Below are positions 51,652 through 60,990 of a stretch of 64,000 nucleotides of DNA, one piece after another. Position 1 is the first letter of the stretch. The number at the start of each line of letters is the position of its first letter. The notes under the pieces were generated by a model that had not been told where the DNA came from, ran no database searches, and worked only from the letters and a program-made list of their open reading frames with translations. The position numbers and the translations under genes were made by a program. Origin of the DNA: a virus; IMG/VR virus record IMGVR_UViG_3300042691_038490, positions 30,860 to 94,859 of that record; one strand, 5' to 3'.

Positions 51652-52311
51652 TTATAATTTTATTAAGTCAATCTTGTTTTTATTATTTATAATTATAAAA
51701 GAAGCTCTTTCTTCGCAAAAACTTCCAGTATTAATATACTTATCAGAGTATTCAGATATATGAGAATGACCGCAAATTACTTTATCATAATTATTATTTT
51801 GAATATATTTTAAAGCATTTCTTTTCATATCAGAGCTTTTTTCTATAAAATCATTTGTTCTGTTCTTAAATAATCTAAAGAAATCGTCTGCAAAAGGAGT
51901 ATAATGTCTAAAGATGTAATACAATTTAATAATAAAATTTGTTATATATTTAAATCTAGAAAAATAAATATCAAAAATATCGCCGTGAACAACAAGAATC
52001 TTTTGGTCTTTTAATTCTATGATAAATTCGTCTTTACAATCGAAGCCGAGAAGAATACTCATAAACTCTGCTTTGAGAAAACAATGATTGCCAATAAGAT
52101 AAATTACTTTCTGTTTCTTTGATAATTTTCTTAATTTAGATAAGACTTTCCAATGACTACCTTTTAAACGATTTAAATTATGATGGTCAAAAAGATCACC
52201 AGCAATTATAATTGTTTTTGCTTTGTATTTTTTTAAAACCTTTAAAAGTTCATCAGTTTTACAATCTTTATCTCCGAGGTGAATATCTGAAACAATAAGA
52301 TATTTATTCAT
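51652..52311 (-). CDS. Metallophosphoesterase (LpxH-like)
   Basis: SDIHLG, GDLFD, GNH, HGD, CGHSH. Confidence 0.88.
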   Translation of the reverse strand: MNKYLIVSDIHLGDKDCKTDELLKVLKKYKAKTIIIAGDLFDHHNLNRLKGSHWKVLSKLRKLSKKQKVIYLIGNHCFLKAEFMSILLGFDCKDEFIIELKDQKILVVHGDIFDIYFSRFKYITNFIIKLYYIFRHYTPFADDFFRLFKNRTNDFIEKSSDMKRNALKYIQNNNYDKVICGHSHISEYSDKYINTGSFCEERASFIIINNKNKIDLIKL

Positions 52312-53083
52312 ACTTCCCAATATGGTCGAATGGGTCGTCTGTGTTTATATTATCATTTTTTGTATTTAATCTTTTATATTTTTGTTTTGATTTTGATTTT
52401 CTTCTTTCCATTTTTCTTTGAATATCCGCTTGTTCTTTTTGATATTCTTCGGTCTTTTCTACTGCTTCTTGAATCATTTGATCTAAAAATAATTCATTTT
52501 CATCTATCTTATCTAATGCTTTTTCTGGAAAATTATTTAAATGTCCATACCTATCTAAAAACATTTGTATTATGTATTCATTTCTACAATTTACTGCTAA
52601 TATTTCTGAAATAAAACCTTTTTGATTAATTCTAGTTCTATCTACATTCGCCCAATAATATCCATATCTAAAAACAATTCCACGAAACTTTCCAGAATTA
52701 TTTGCCACATTCCATCTATTATGAAAAGAATCCGATTCTCTTAAATTACTTATAGCATTTGGATATTGAATATTACTTTCTATATGATCTACTTTTTCTG
52801 GTATCCTTCCAGTATGTGCATAATAAATTAATCTATGGATAAGAACATCCGTAAATCCTCTAGACCATATATGCGTATGATCTGGACAAGGAATATCTAC
52901 TCTAATATAAAATCCATCACCTTTTCTTGATCTTCCAAGGGGATTTCTTTTTCCCATTTCCCAATCTTGGCGATTATAAACTTGTCCTCTATAAAAATCA
53001 ATATAAAAATGTTTAAATATATCCTTGTGATTATCGTAAATTATTTTTAACTTATCCTCGCTTTCTTTAAATTCTTTTTTCAT
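52304..53083 (-). CDS. HNH endonuclease
   Basis: IHRLIY..VDHI..NAISNLRE. Confidence 0.8.
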   Translation of the reverse strand: MKKEFKESEDKLKIIYDNHKDIFKHFYIDFYRGQVYNRQDWEMGKRNPLGRSRKGDGFYIRVDIPCPDHTHIWSRGFTDVLIHRLIYYAHTGRIPEKVDHIESNIQYPNAISNLRESDSFHNRWNVANNSGKFRGIVFRYGYYWANVDRTRINQKGFISEILAVNCRNEYIIQMFLDRYGHLNNFPEKALDKIDENELFLDQMIQEAVEKTEEYQKEQADIQRKMERRKSKSKQKYKRLNTKNDNINTDDPFDHIGKYE

Positions 53084-53125
53084 ACTAGAGATTATATTAG
53101 TTTATATCTTTTAATTAAAAAGTTT

Positions 53126-54025
53126 TTATAAGTTAGCGAAAGATTGCTCTTTCATTTTTAATTCAAAATCTACATCTATATTATGTCCGTATGTATTTGG
53201 TAAGCGAGTAGCATAATCAGCGTGTTTGCGTGGATTCTTGTGTCCAGCAATACTTTCTGAATAATGGAATAAGGGAATATGATTGCCCCAAGTAATTCGT
53301 GCAAGATGAAACGCTTGTTCTTCTGATAGATTATCTGGATGACATTTGTGATGAAGATAATCGAAAGTAATTGGAATATTAGATACAGAATGAAAATGCT
53401 TCATAAGTTTCTTAATAGACCAGCAAGTATCTTTGTCATCATTCTCAATAACTAGTCTGGACTTTACATCTTGTGATAACCTATCAAAGTTGCTCATAAA
53501 CTTTTTGACGATACTATTTAGATCGCCTTTTGCATTATGTATGTGCATATTCATAGGTGCATCATAGTTAAGTGGACAACCAATCTGCGTCATAAACCAA
53601 CCATAGTGATTTAATTCTTTGATTGTTTTATCTACTGCGTTATCATTGTCACTAGCAAGAACATTGTATTCACTAGGATGACAAGAGACTCTAACATTAG
53701 TAGATTGTATTAGCTTCTTGATACTATCAAATGATACTAGGATTCTATTATAGTCTGGTAAATCTTCTAGCTTTACATTAGCTTTATCATAAGTAATAAG
53801 AGGAAATAAGTCTGATGAAATTCTGTATGTATGGTTATGGTCAGCACAATATTTGATATAGTGATATGTAGTCAGCATATTGTTTAGTATTCTAGAAGAA
53901 AGAGTAGATAGTGCTTCTTGTCTAGACATAGCAGAGAAACGAGCATAAGTCATTGTATTAAACTTAATAGGCTCATCTCTCTCTGCTAGAGATAAAACAA
54001 TACAGCACACTCCTTTTCTGTTCAT
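53126..54025 (-). CDS. uvsE: UV-damage endonuclease UvsE
   Basis: YRISSDLFP, HP.EY.VL, IENDDK, FDYLHH, HYSE, HAD, ELKMKE. Confidence 0.92.
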   Translation of the reverse strand: MNRKGVCCIVLSLAERDEPIKFNTMTYARFSAMSRQEALSTLSSRILNNMLTTYHYIKYCADHNHTYRISSDLFPLITYDKANVKLEDLPDYNRILVSFDSIKKLIQSTNVRVSCHPSEYNVLASDNDNAVDKTIKELNHYGWFMTQIGCPLNYDAPMNMHIHNAKGDLNSIVKKFMSNFDRLSQDVKSRLVIENDDKDTCWSIKKLMKHFHSVSNIPITFDYLHHKCHPDNLSEEQAFHLARITWGNHIPLFHYSESIAGHKNPRKHADYATRLPNTYGHNIDVDFELKMKEQSFANL

Positions 54026-54066
54026 ATTAACATCTTAATAGAAGATACAAGAATAGTCAAGAGATA

Positions 54067-54447
54067 TTACTCTACCCTGTCAAAAAATCCATTTGAGTTT
54101 AACCTTGCTGTTCCCAAACACTTATACTTAAAAGTAAAATCATCTGGATGAATAATAGAAAGAAATCTTCTGCCTTCATCTGTTTCATATAGATAATAGT
54201 CTTGACCTATAACGCACTCTATTCTGCACTCAAAAGTATCTACAAAATTATTCCAATTATTAAGAGACACAAGGCTATTGTATTCTGCTTGAAGCTCTTG
54301 TAACCTTGTTTGGATTTTTTTATTTAGATTTAAATGCCTAAGTTCTTGTAGGCCATTAAGATCCGCAAGCTCTATTTTGGGAGCAGAGTATTCTGCTATG
54401 TATGAAGAACTTGCACGATTTTCTAAAGCTCTTTTAAAGTCTGTCAT
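54067..54447 (-). CDS. DUF2452-like protein
   Basis: APKI..VIGQDYYLY..FLSII.P. Confidence 0.65.
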   Translation of the reverse strand: MTDFKRALENRASSSYIAEYSAPKIELADLNGLQELRHLNLNKKIQTRLQELQAEYNSLVSLNNWNNFVDTFECRIECVIGQDYYLYETDEGRRFLSIIHPDDFTFKYKCLGTARLNSNGFFDRVE

Positions 54448-54598
54448 TTGTAAATATATGTAGATGAGCCATTTTGCTTTTTTAATTCTTTTTTAATCAA
54501 CGACTTTTGATTTTCCTCTGACCAGTTTATCGTATCATAGTTTTGTTTAAACCTGTGAGAGAAACAATTTCTTGGTGAATCACCTTTTCCAGCTTCTT

Positions 54599-54730
54599 TA
54601 TTTGGCGTTTTTTCGTTCACAAATATGGCTATTTATTTGGCGTTTTGGTGTTAGCAAATATAGTTATTTATTTGCAAAAATCCTGTTAGCAAATATGAGT
54701 TTATATTTGGGATTTTTTTATTAGTAAATA
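54599..54730. repeat. Four tandem 27-bp TATTTG-N15-(C/T)AAATA units with 8-bp gaps (35-bp period)
   Basis: Units start at 54599, 54634, 54669 and 54704. Confidence 0.88.
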
Positions 54731-55024
54731 TTACTTTTTAAAATCACCAAGATCACGATCAAAAGAAAACTTACCAGTTTTCTCTACGAGACCTTCGTAA
54801 GTTTCTTCTGTGCATCCTGCCATCTCTGTAAATGGTGCTACTACTGCGAAAATTCCAAATGCTCCAATAGTCGCTGCAGTTGAAATTGGGCGAACAACTA
54901 CTAGATCACCAGTAGCTAAAAAACCATCCGCTACTGGAGTAGTTTCTGTTTGTGTTCCTGTATCAGCAAAGCCTAAAGAGGCTGAGATTAGAAAGACTAA
55001 TATTAGAGTTTTAATTTTATTCAT
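54731..55024 (-). CDS. Small exported/membrane protein
   Basis: Signal peptide; GDLVVVRP..F.RDLG. Confidence 0.65.
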   Translation of the reverse strand: MNKIKTLILVFLISASLGFADTGTQTETTPVADGFLATGDLVVVRPISTAATIGAFGIFAVVAPFTEMAGCTEETYEGLVEKTGKFSFDRDLGDFKK

Positions 55025-55065
55025 ATTCTATATATTATATATGAGTATTATTATATTGTCAATTA

Positions 55066-55092
55066 TATTTGGCATTTTCTTGTTAGCAAATC
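55066..55092. repeat. Isolated 27-bp unit (5th copy)
   Basis: TATTTGGCATTTTCTTGTTAGCAAATC. Confidence 0.8.
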
Positions 55093-55109
55093 TTGTCTTA
55101 TCTTATATC

Positions 55110-55901
55110 TTAAATCATCTCTACTCTAATATAATTTCCTTGATCTTCTATTACTCGATGCTTTCTTGGTTTCCAGGTCTTTTCTTCAGCTGCAATTTTA
55201 GCGTTCTTCCTAGAGGAAGCGTATAACTTCTCTTTAGAAAAATTATTTTCAGAATTAAACAAATCTTTATAATTTTGTTCATTAATTGCTCTATATTCAT
55301 CTGGATGATCTATATGGTATATATGATTTTTTATATTAAAAAATATAATGTGCCTAACCCCGGGCCATTCATTTGCACTAAATTTTGTATATTTTGGTTG
55401 AGATTTTTCTAATCTTTTGATTAAATCTTGATCCTCATATCCCCAAATTGGAAGTAAGTTTTCGTTATATCCATCTTTAAAATCTCTTTTATTTACAACC
55501 AAAAATCCTAAAGAATTTTCATAAAATTTATATGATCCTGTTATAAAATAATTATCTAAGCTACCATCTTCTTGTAGACACAGGGAATCCATCCAATTTT
55601 CATTTGTGTTTACATAATCTATATCTAATTTCAATAAAATTTGAAAGTTTAAATTAGTATACGTATATCCTAAATTCCAAGCTAAACATCTATTGAAATA
55701 TTTTTCATTTTCTACTCTTATTATCTTTAATTTATTAAATTTTTTCATTTGGTCTTTGACAATTTCATTTTCTATAATTGGTTTACTTGAACTCCAATCG
55801 ACTATTATAAAATCTTTTATTTTATCTATCTTACTCCAAGAAGGAAGCATTTTTTCCAAGTGTTTCTCTCTGTTCATTACTGTTGTGACGCAAGAGATCA
55901 T
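55110..55901 (-). CDS. Glycosyltransferase (paralog of 49930-50766)
   Basis: MISC..VMNRE, DWSS, KLDID, WGYED. Confidence 0.85.
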   Translation of the reverse strand: MISCVTTVMNREKHLEKMLPSWSKIDKIKDFIIVDWSSSKPIIENEIVKDQMKKFNKLKIIRVENEKYFNRCLAWNLGYTYTNLNFQILLKLDIDYVNTNENWMDSLCLQEDGSLDNYFITGSYKFYENSLGFLVVNKRDFKDGYNENLLPIWGYEDQDLIKRLEKSQPKYTKFSANEWPGVRHIIFFNIKNHIYHIDHPDEYRAINEQNYKDLFNSENNFSKEKLYASSRKNAKIAAEEKTWKPRKHRVIEDQGNYIRVEMI

Positions 55902-55903
55902 TT

Positions 55904-56938
55904 TTATTTATAAATTAAATTTTCTATTACATATTTATTATGTAATCTGATATTTTCTTTAACTATATCAAAATTCTTAATCATTTTTTCATATTCATTT
56001 TCATTTATATTTACAGCTTTTGAAAAAGCTATGGGAAATTCTGCTTCTGAAGAATATAAAAAAGATGGAAATGGATATATCAAATTTGAAAGTTTGCAAT
56101 TTATTGCTGGTTTTCTAAAAGAAAATATATGATTATAATTTGAGCTTGTACAGTCTGTAAAATATCCTCTGATATGGGTTGAAGATAATAAATTCAAAAT
56201 AAAATCAGTTTTATATATCTGTTCGTAAAAATCAATTTCATTTAGATCAGACTTATAAATAATCCTATTACTATCATCAATATGATTCTTCATATTGTCT
56301 GCTGTTTCTCCGAGTATTACGATTTCATAATCTCTTTTCACAAATATATTTTGAGACAAAAATTTATTCAATAATTGAAAATCTCTATATCCCCATTGAA
56401 ATCTTCCTAAAATTGTAAATCTAACTTTTGAGTTATCTGTCAAATGATGTTTAATTGGAAAAGAATTTGCTATAGGATTTTCTGACAATAATATATAATT
56501 TAAACCTATTTGTTGAGAAAAAGGAGATAAACCTACAAATTTAGGATTTTTAAATAAATATTCTTTAGCATATGTTATAAACTTTTCATTTATAGAAGGT
56601 CTATGAAGTAAAAGTATCATATTTTCTATAAAATCTTTTATAATAATATTTTTATATCCTTCAGGTTCACATGGTGAATTTTGATTCTTCTGATCTTTTG
56701 ATCCATTAATAGGAGTAATTAAAAATGCTTTTTTAAAATTTATTCTCAGATCTGGGCTGTATTCTTTTATATAGTTGATATTGTATTTATCACATAAATC
56801 CAACAAGCCATAATCTTTTTCAGAATATATTGTATAAATATATGGCTCAAAATTCAACAGGTCTAATGACCCATATAAAGAAAGAGCAGTTTCAGAATGA
56901 TAAGGCGTATTAAGGATAATCAAAATTTTATCTCTCAT
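55904..56938 (-). CDS. Putative GT-B glycosyltransferase
   Basis: YHSET; ILGR..RDF; SSNY..FSFRKP. Confidence 0.5.
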   Translation of the reverse strand: MRDKILIILNTPYHSETALSLYGSLDLLNFEPYIYTIYSEKDYGLLDLCDKYNINYIKEYSPDLRINFKKAFLITPINGSKDQKNQNSPCEPEGYKNIIIKDFIENMILLLHRPSINEKFITYAKEYLFKNPKFVGLSPFSQQIGLNYILLSENPIANSFPIKHHLTDNSKVRFTILGRFQWGYRDFQLLNKFLSQNIFVKRDYEIVILGETADNMKNHIDDSNRIIYKSDLNEIDFYEQIYKTDFILNLLSSTHIRGYFTDCTSSNYNHIFSFRKPAINCKLSNLIYPFPSFLYSSEAEFPIAFSKAVNINENEYEKMIKNFDIVKENIRLHNKYVIENLIYK

Positions 56939-56941
56939 ATA

Positions 56942-57598
56942 TTAATATTCTTTAAATATTATAAGTTTTTGATATACATATTTATAAATTTTAAAATTTT
57001 TATTTTTTAATAAAAATTCATCTACAGCTTGAGTTACGCCTATCCCATGGATTGGGCTATCTTTAAATTCTTGATAATAATTTTTATAATCATCAATTAT
57101 TATAAATCCATCTTTACAAATGATGTTTGCTGCATTTTTTAGATCAATATCACAAGTTTCTTTGTCGTGTCCACCATCAATATAAATTATCCTATAAGGT
57201 AATTTATTATTTACAAAACTTAAATATATATGTGGATTTAATATTTTAGAGTCTGATCTAATTAAATTAAATTTTAAGGCAATATTTTTATATTCTAAAA
57301 GATATACTTTTTTTAAATTCTCTATAACTCCAGATTTTGAGCAAGGAAGTCCGCTATTACTAGTATTAAATATTTGATCATCAAAACAATCAACTCCTAT
57401 TATACTTTCTTCTTCTCCTAATAAAAAAGATAAGGGAATAAATGATTTACCTAAATAAACCCCTATTTCTAATAAGTTTCCTTTTACATTAGATTTTTTA
57501 TGAATCTCATTTAATTCTTGTAGGATATATAAAAATTCAAAGTTAAACCATCCAGGAATTTTATCAAAAGCTTCTTTGTATCTATCAATTAGAGCCAT
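56942..57598 (-). CDS. Class I SAM methyltransferase (Methyltransf_24-like)
   Basis: LEIGVYLGKS, IYIDGGH, IIIDDY, GV..AV. Confidence 0.88.
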   Translation of the reverse strand: MALIDRYKEAFDKIPGWFNFEFLYILQELNEIHKKSNVKGNLLEIGVYLGKSFIPLSFLLGEEESIIGVDCFDDQIFNTSNSGLPCSKSGVIENLKKVYLLEYKNIALKFNLIRSDSKILNPHIYLSFVNNKLPYRIIYIDGGHDKETCDIDLKNAANIICKDGFIIIDDYKNYYQEFKDSPIHGIGVTQAVDEFLLKNKNFKIYKYVYQKLIIFKEY

Positions 57599-57835
57599 GT
57601 TATATATTTTTTTGAGGAATAAAATTTACTAAAGCTTCATCTCCGTAGACTTTAAATGATTTTAATTTATAGTTCTTTCTTTCAAGCATATTTTTTAATT
57701 CATTGATATATTCACTTTTCATATAGACTACTATGCTTTGGCCATCTTCTATATCTACGCCATATTCATCAGCAAACTCTGAACATATAGCAAGGGCTTC
57801 GCCTTCATTATTCATAATATAGATTACACTATATA

Positions 57836-57862
57836 TATTTGGCATTTTTCTTTTAGTAAATA
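57836..57862. repeat. Isolated 27-bp unit (6th copy) between divergent GTGTAA motifs
   Basis: TATTTGGCATTTTTCTTTTAGTAAATA. Confidence 0.75.
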
Positions 57863-57885
57863 AGATGGTGTAAATTATACTAATT

Positions 57886-58518
57886 ATGTCTGATAGATAT
57901 ATTTATTCTATTACATTAGAAACTAACCCACTTAATCCAACTCCAGAAAGTAAAAAAACTTTTACTAGGAGTTCTGCTGGACTAACTCCATTTTATACTT
58001 CTAATGGTTTAGAAATAATCATTTGGGAGACTTATTTTAATCCTTTTACAGAGGAAAATGAAACAAAATGGAGAAAACGCGCAACAAATAATCCAAGTGG
58101 CGGAGGATTTGTTTCTTTAAATTTAGTTGATTGGTATATTCAACCAGGATATGTATCATTTGCTGGACTTGTGTTTATTAGTTTAGGATACAGGAATAGA
58201 AATTTAATAAAAGGCGATGGTGGAACTGGAAAATTAATTGGTAAATCTTTTATTAGAAAAGTAATCCTGACTGGGGGTTTTGGCGGTGGAGGAGGGAGCG
58301 GACTTGGAAGTTTAATGAATGGAACTTATATTAGAAATAAAGAAAATGAAGACTTTATTCAAATTGAACATACTAATTATAGTATTGTTTTTATAGATCT
58401 TTGGTATTTACTTGAAAATGGTATTGAAGTTTGTGTTTCATCAGATTTAATTAATTGGCAAAACTCCTCTGGAGAAGTACTCACACCTCCAATTGGTCAA
58501 ATATTTTATAAACCATAA
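57886..58518 (+). CDS. Hypothetical protein, possibly virion-associated
   Basis: 210-aa Gly-rich ORF; GTGTAA 12 nt upstream. Confidence 0.6.
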   Translation: MSDRYIYSITLETNPLNPTPESKKTFTRSSAGLTPFYTSNGLEIIIWETYFNPFTEENETKWRKRATNNPSGGGFVSLNLVDWYIQPGYVSFAGLVFISLGYRNRNLIKGDGGTGKLIGKSFIRKVILTGGFGGGGGSGLGSLMNGTYIRNKENEDFIQIEHTNYSIVFIDLWYLLENGIEVCVSSDLINWQNSSGEVLTPPIGQIFYKP

Positions 58519-58522
58519 AAAT

Positions 58523-58610
58523 CGGAACGAGTAGGATTCGAACCTACGGATGATATTAAACCATCGGCGGTTTAGTAAACCGCTGCTTTAGACCGCTCAG
58601 CCATCGTTCC
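58523..58610 (-). tRNA. trnS: tRNA-Ser(ACT)
   Basis: GGAACGA acceptor, long variable arm, G73; GCGGT-TTACTAA-ACCGC. Confidence 0.88.
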
Positions 58611-58612
58611 AT

Positions 58613-58684
58613 CTGCCTAACTAGGATTCGAACCTAGAACATCCTCGTTAACAGCGAGGCGCACTACCGTTGTGCTATTAGGCA
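58613..58684 (-). tRNA. trnN: tRNA-Asn(GTT)
   Basis: CCTCG-CTGTTAA-CGAGG. Confidence 0.9.
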
Positions 58685-58687
58685 AAA

Positions 58688-59302
58688 TCATTTCAACCAA
58701 ACAGAAGTTGGATTATAAGCTTCTGTATCAAGAAAATCCCACACTTGCCAATCTTTTTCATCTTTTGCATACTTAATAATATTAGAAAGAAAAGCTTGTA
58801 AATCTTCAATATGCCAAACATCATCAAGAAGTTTTTTACCGAGATATCGTGACTGATGAGCTACGTGGTCTGCGTAGCTATATGCAAAAGCAGAGAATGG
58901 AGGAAGAACACATCCCATAGAACAAAGAACTCCTTGCATTCGTGATGCTACTTCTTTGCCACCAACTGAATGCATCGTTACAATAACTCCCGCTGGCTTG
59001 CCAAGAAGATGTTTCTTTCCTTCTATCTCCGTCATCTTTTCAAAAAGTTGTTGCATATTTGATCCCCAAGAGTCCCAATATGTTCCAGTGCAAAATATAA
59101 GAGCATCGCTCTCTTTAATAATATGTCTAACTTTAGGCCAAAAAAAATCTTTATGAAGATGAAGAATTTTAATTTTTATATTTGGGTCAATCTTATTAAT
59201 TTTTTTTCTTATCTTTTTGATAAGAGATCCAGTATTACCATTCTTACCACCGATAGAACCATTAATTATAGTAAGAGTTATTTTCTTTTCTGGCGAGTTC
59301 AT
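58688..59302 (-). CDS. Flavodoxin-like NAD(P)H-dependent FMN reductase
   Basis: INGS..GNT; SDALIFCTGTYW; GKPAG. Confidence 0.8.
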   Translation of the reverse strand: MNSPEKKITLTIINGSIGGKNGNTGSLIKKIRKKINKIDPNIKIKILHLHKDFFWPKVRHIIKESDALIFCTGTYWDSWGSNMQQLFEKMTEIEGKKHLLGKPAGVIVTMHSVGGKEVASRMQGVLCSMGCVLPPFSAFAYSYADHVAHQSRYLGKKLLDDVWHIEDLQAFLSNIIKYAKDEKDWQVWDFLDTEAYNPTSVWLK

Positions 59303-59943
59303 CTATGTGATCCTTTATTATATTATATATTCTTACTTCTTCTGGATTAGCTTCTCTTTCAACTTCATCAAAATTATAAAATACATACTCTTTTAGTTGA
59401 TGATGTTTGAATCTATGTATGCCTTTTCTGTCGTCATCTCTAACAAAGATATACCTAAATGGAAGTGCTTCGTTTTTTAATTTATAAAGATTACCATATT
59501 TGGGATAAAGCGGTTCGCTTTTATCGAGAAAATTTAATATCTTTTTAAAGATCATAAAATTCCAAAAACTTTAAGTAATACTAAAGAGGATACTGTAGCT
59601 CCAATAAGACTGCTACAAGTTCTAATAATTTCTAGCTTATGATTGTGATGATCTACCCATATCTCGAAAGGATCTCTTAGTTTACCTTTAGCAAGAAGTT
59701 TTCTTCTTTGTTTTTTACTTAACTTTAAATTAGATATGTCTTTTAGTGTTATCATTTTTTCTTTTTTCTAGATTTGACAGATTTCCAGACTTTATGTTCA
59801 GTATCTAAATCAACACTCCACATCATAACTTTGCTATATATAGAATACCCAAACCCATTAAACCACTGCATTGTGGTTCTGCTTATTATATCACCTATAT
59901 AATATAATAAATATACTGAAAATAATTTCATATTATATAATAT

Positions 59944-60936
59944 TTATATATTTTCTTTATTTCCAGAAAAAGTTATTTCTAATGCTTCGGATAATATATG
60001 ATTTAATTGACTCCTTATAAAGGACTCCATGCTTTGTAGAGTATTAAATTTATAAAGATTGTTATTTTGAAATAGTTTATAGATATGTAGCTTCTCTAGG
60101 ATATCGCATTTATTAATAATTAACCTATTAGTTCCAGAAATCTTTATTGCATCTATGAGTTTATTTAAATTTAACCAATTGACGATTCTGCGTCTACCAG
60201 TAGTTGACCCAAATTCTTGCCCTAATTCTATAAGCATATTTAGTTCTGGATCTTGCCAAAGTGACTCTGGAAAAAGAGGATCAACACCACTCTTTGTATC
60301 ATAAATTTTTGCCACGCCAATGATATCTTTTATCTTTTTGGGCGAAAATCCTAGTGAGCAAGCTGAATATGGTAGAGTTTCGCTACTCGTAACATAAGGA
60401 TAATCACCATAATTAATATCTAACCAAAAACTTTGCGCTCCTTCACAAAGAATATTTCCATAAAGTTCACCATCCCAAAGATATTGTTTATCAATATAAT
60501 CTCTAGCAAGTTTACCAATCCTTAACATTTTATCTCCATAAGCAGGAGCAATACCTTGTCCAGTTGTACCTAGTTTCTTTTTTAGAACTTCAAGATCATA
60601 CTGAATATGCTTCTCAGTAATAATATGAGTTTTTGGACTAACCTTAATTAAAGAAGTATCAAAACCTTCTTTTTTAAGATAGTCTATTTCATCAAAAAAT
60701 TTGTCAACATTAATTACGCAATTAGGACCAATAATACTAAGTTTATTTTGAAAGACTCCACATGGAATTATATGTGTTTTATATTTTTTATCTCCTAGAT
60801 AAACTGTATGACCAGCATTTGGACCACCATTCCAGCGACAAACTATATCATAATTCTTAGATATAGCATTACTTATCTTTCCTTTACCTTCATCTCCCCA
60901 TGCTAGTCCAAATATAATATCAACATAGTTTATCAT
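59944..60936 (-). CDS. purA: Adenylosuccinate synthetase (short form)
   Basis: WGDEGKGK, GGPNAGHT, GTTGQGI, EGAQ, YPYVTSS, TTGRRR. Confidence 0.93.
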   Translation of the reverse strand: MINYVDIIFGLAWGDEGKGKISNAISKNYDIVCRWNGGPNAGHTVYLGDKKYKTHIIPCGVFQNKLSIIGPNCVINVDKFFDEIDYLKKEGFDTSLIKVSPKTHIITEKHIQYDLEVLKKKLGTTGQGIAPAYGDKMLRIGKLARDYIDKQYLWDGELYGNILCEGAQSFWLDINYGDYPYVTSSETLPYSACSLGFSPKKIKDIIGVAKIYDTKSGVDPLFPESLWQDPELNMLIELGQEFGSTTGRRRIVNWLNLNKLIDAIKISGTNRLIINKCDILEKLHIYKLFQNNNLYKFNTLQSMESFIRSQLNHILSEALEITFSGNKENI

Positions 60937-60990
60937 TAGCTAAAAGATTATAGTCAAAATATAAAGGAAATACAAGTGTAAATTATTTGT

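Noticed and set aside
54599-54730. Mini-CRISPR array
   Set aside because: Gaps are only 8 bp and the units are internally variable
59944-60936. PurZ (2-aminoadenine DNA pathway)
   Set aside because: The active site is GDEGKG (Asp, PurA type), not GSTGKG, and TTGRRR is retained
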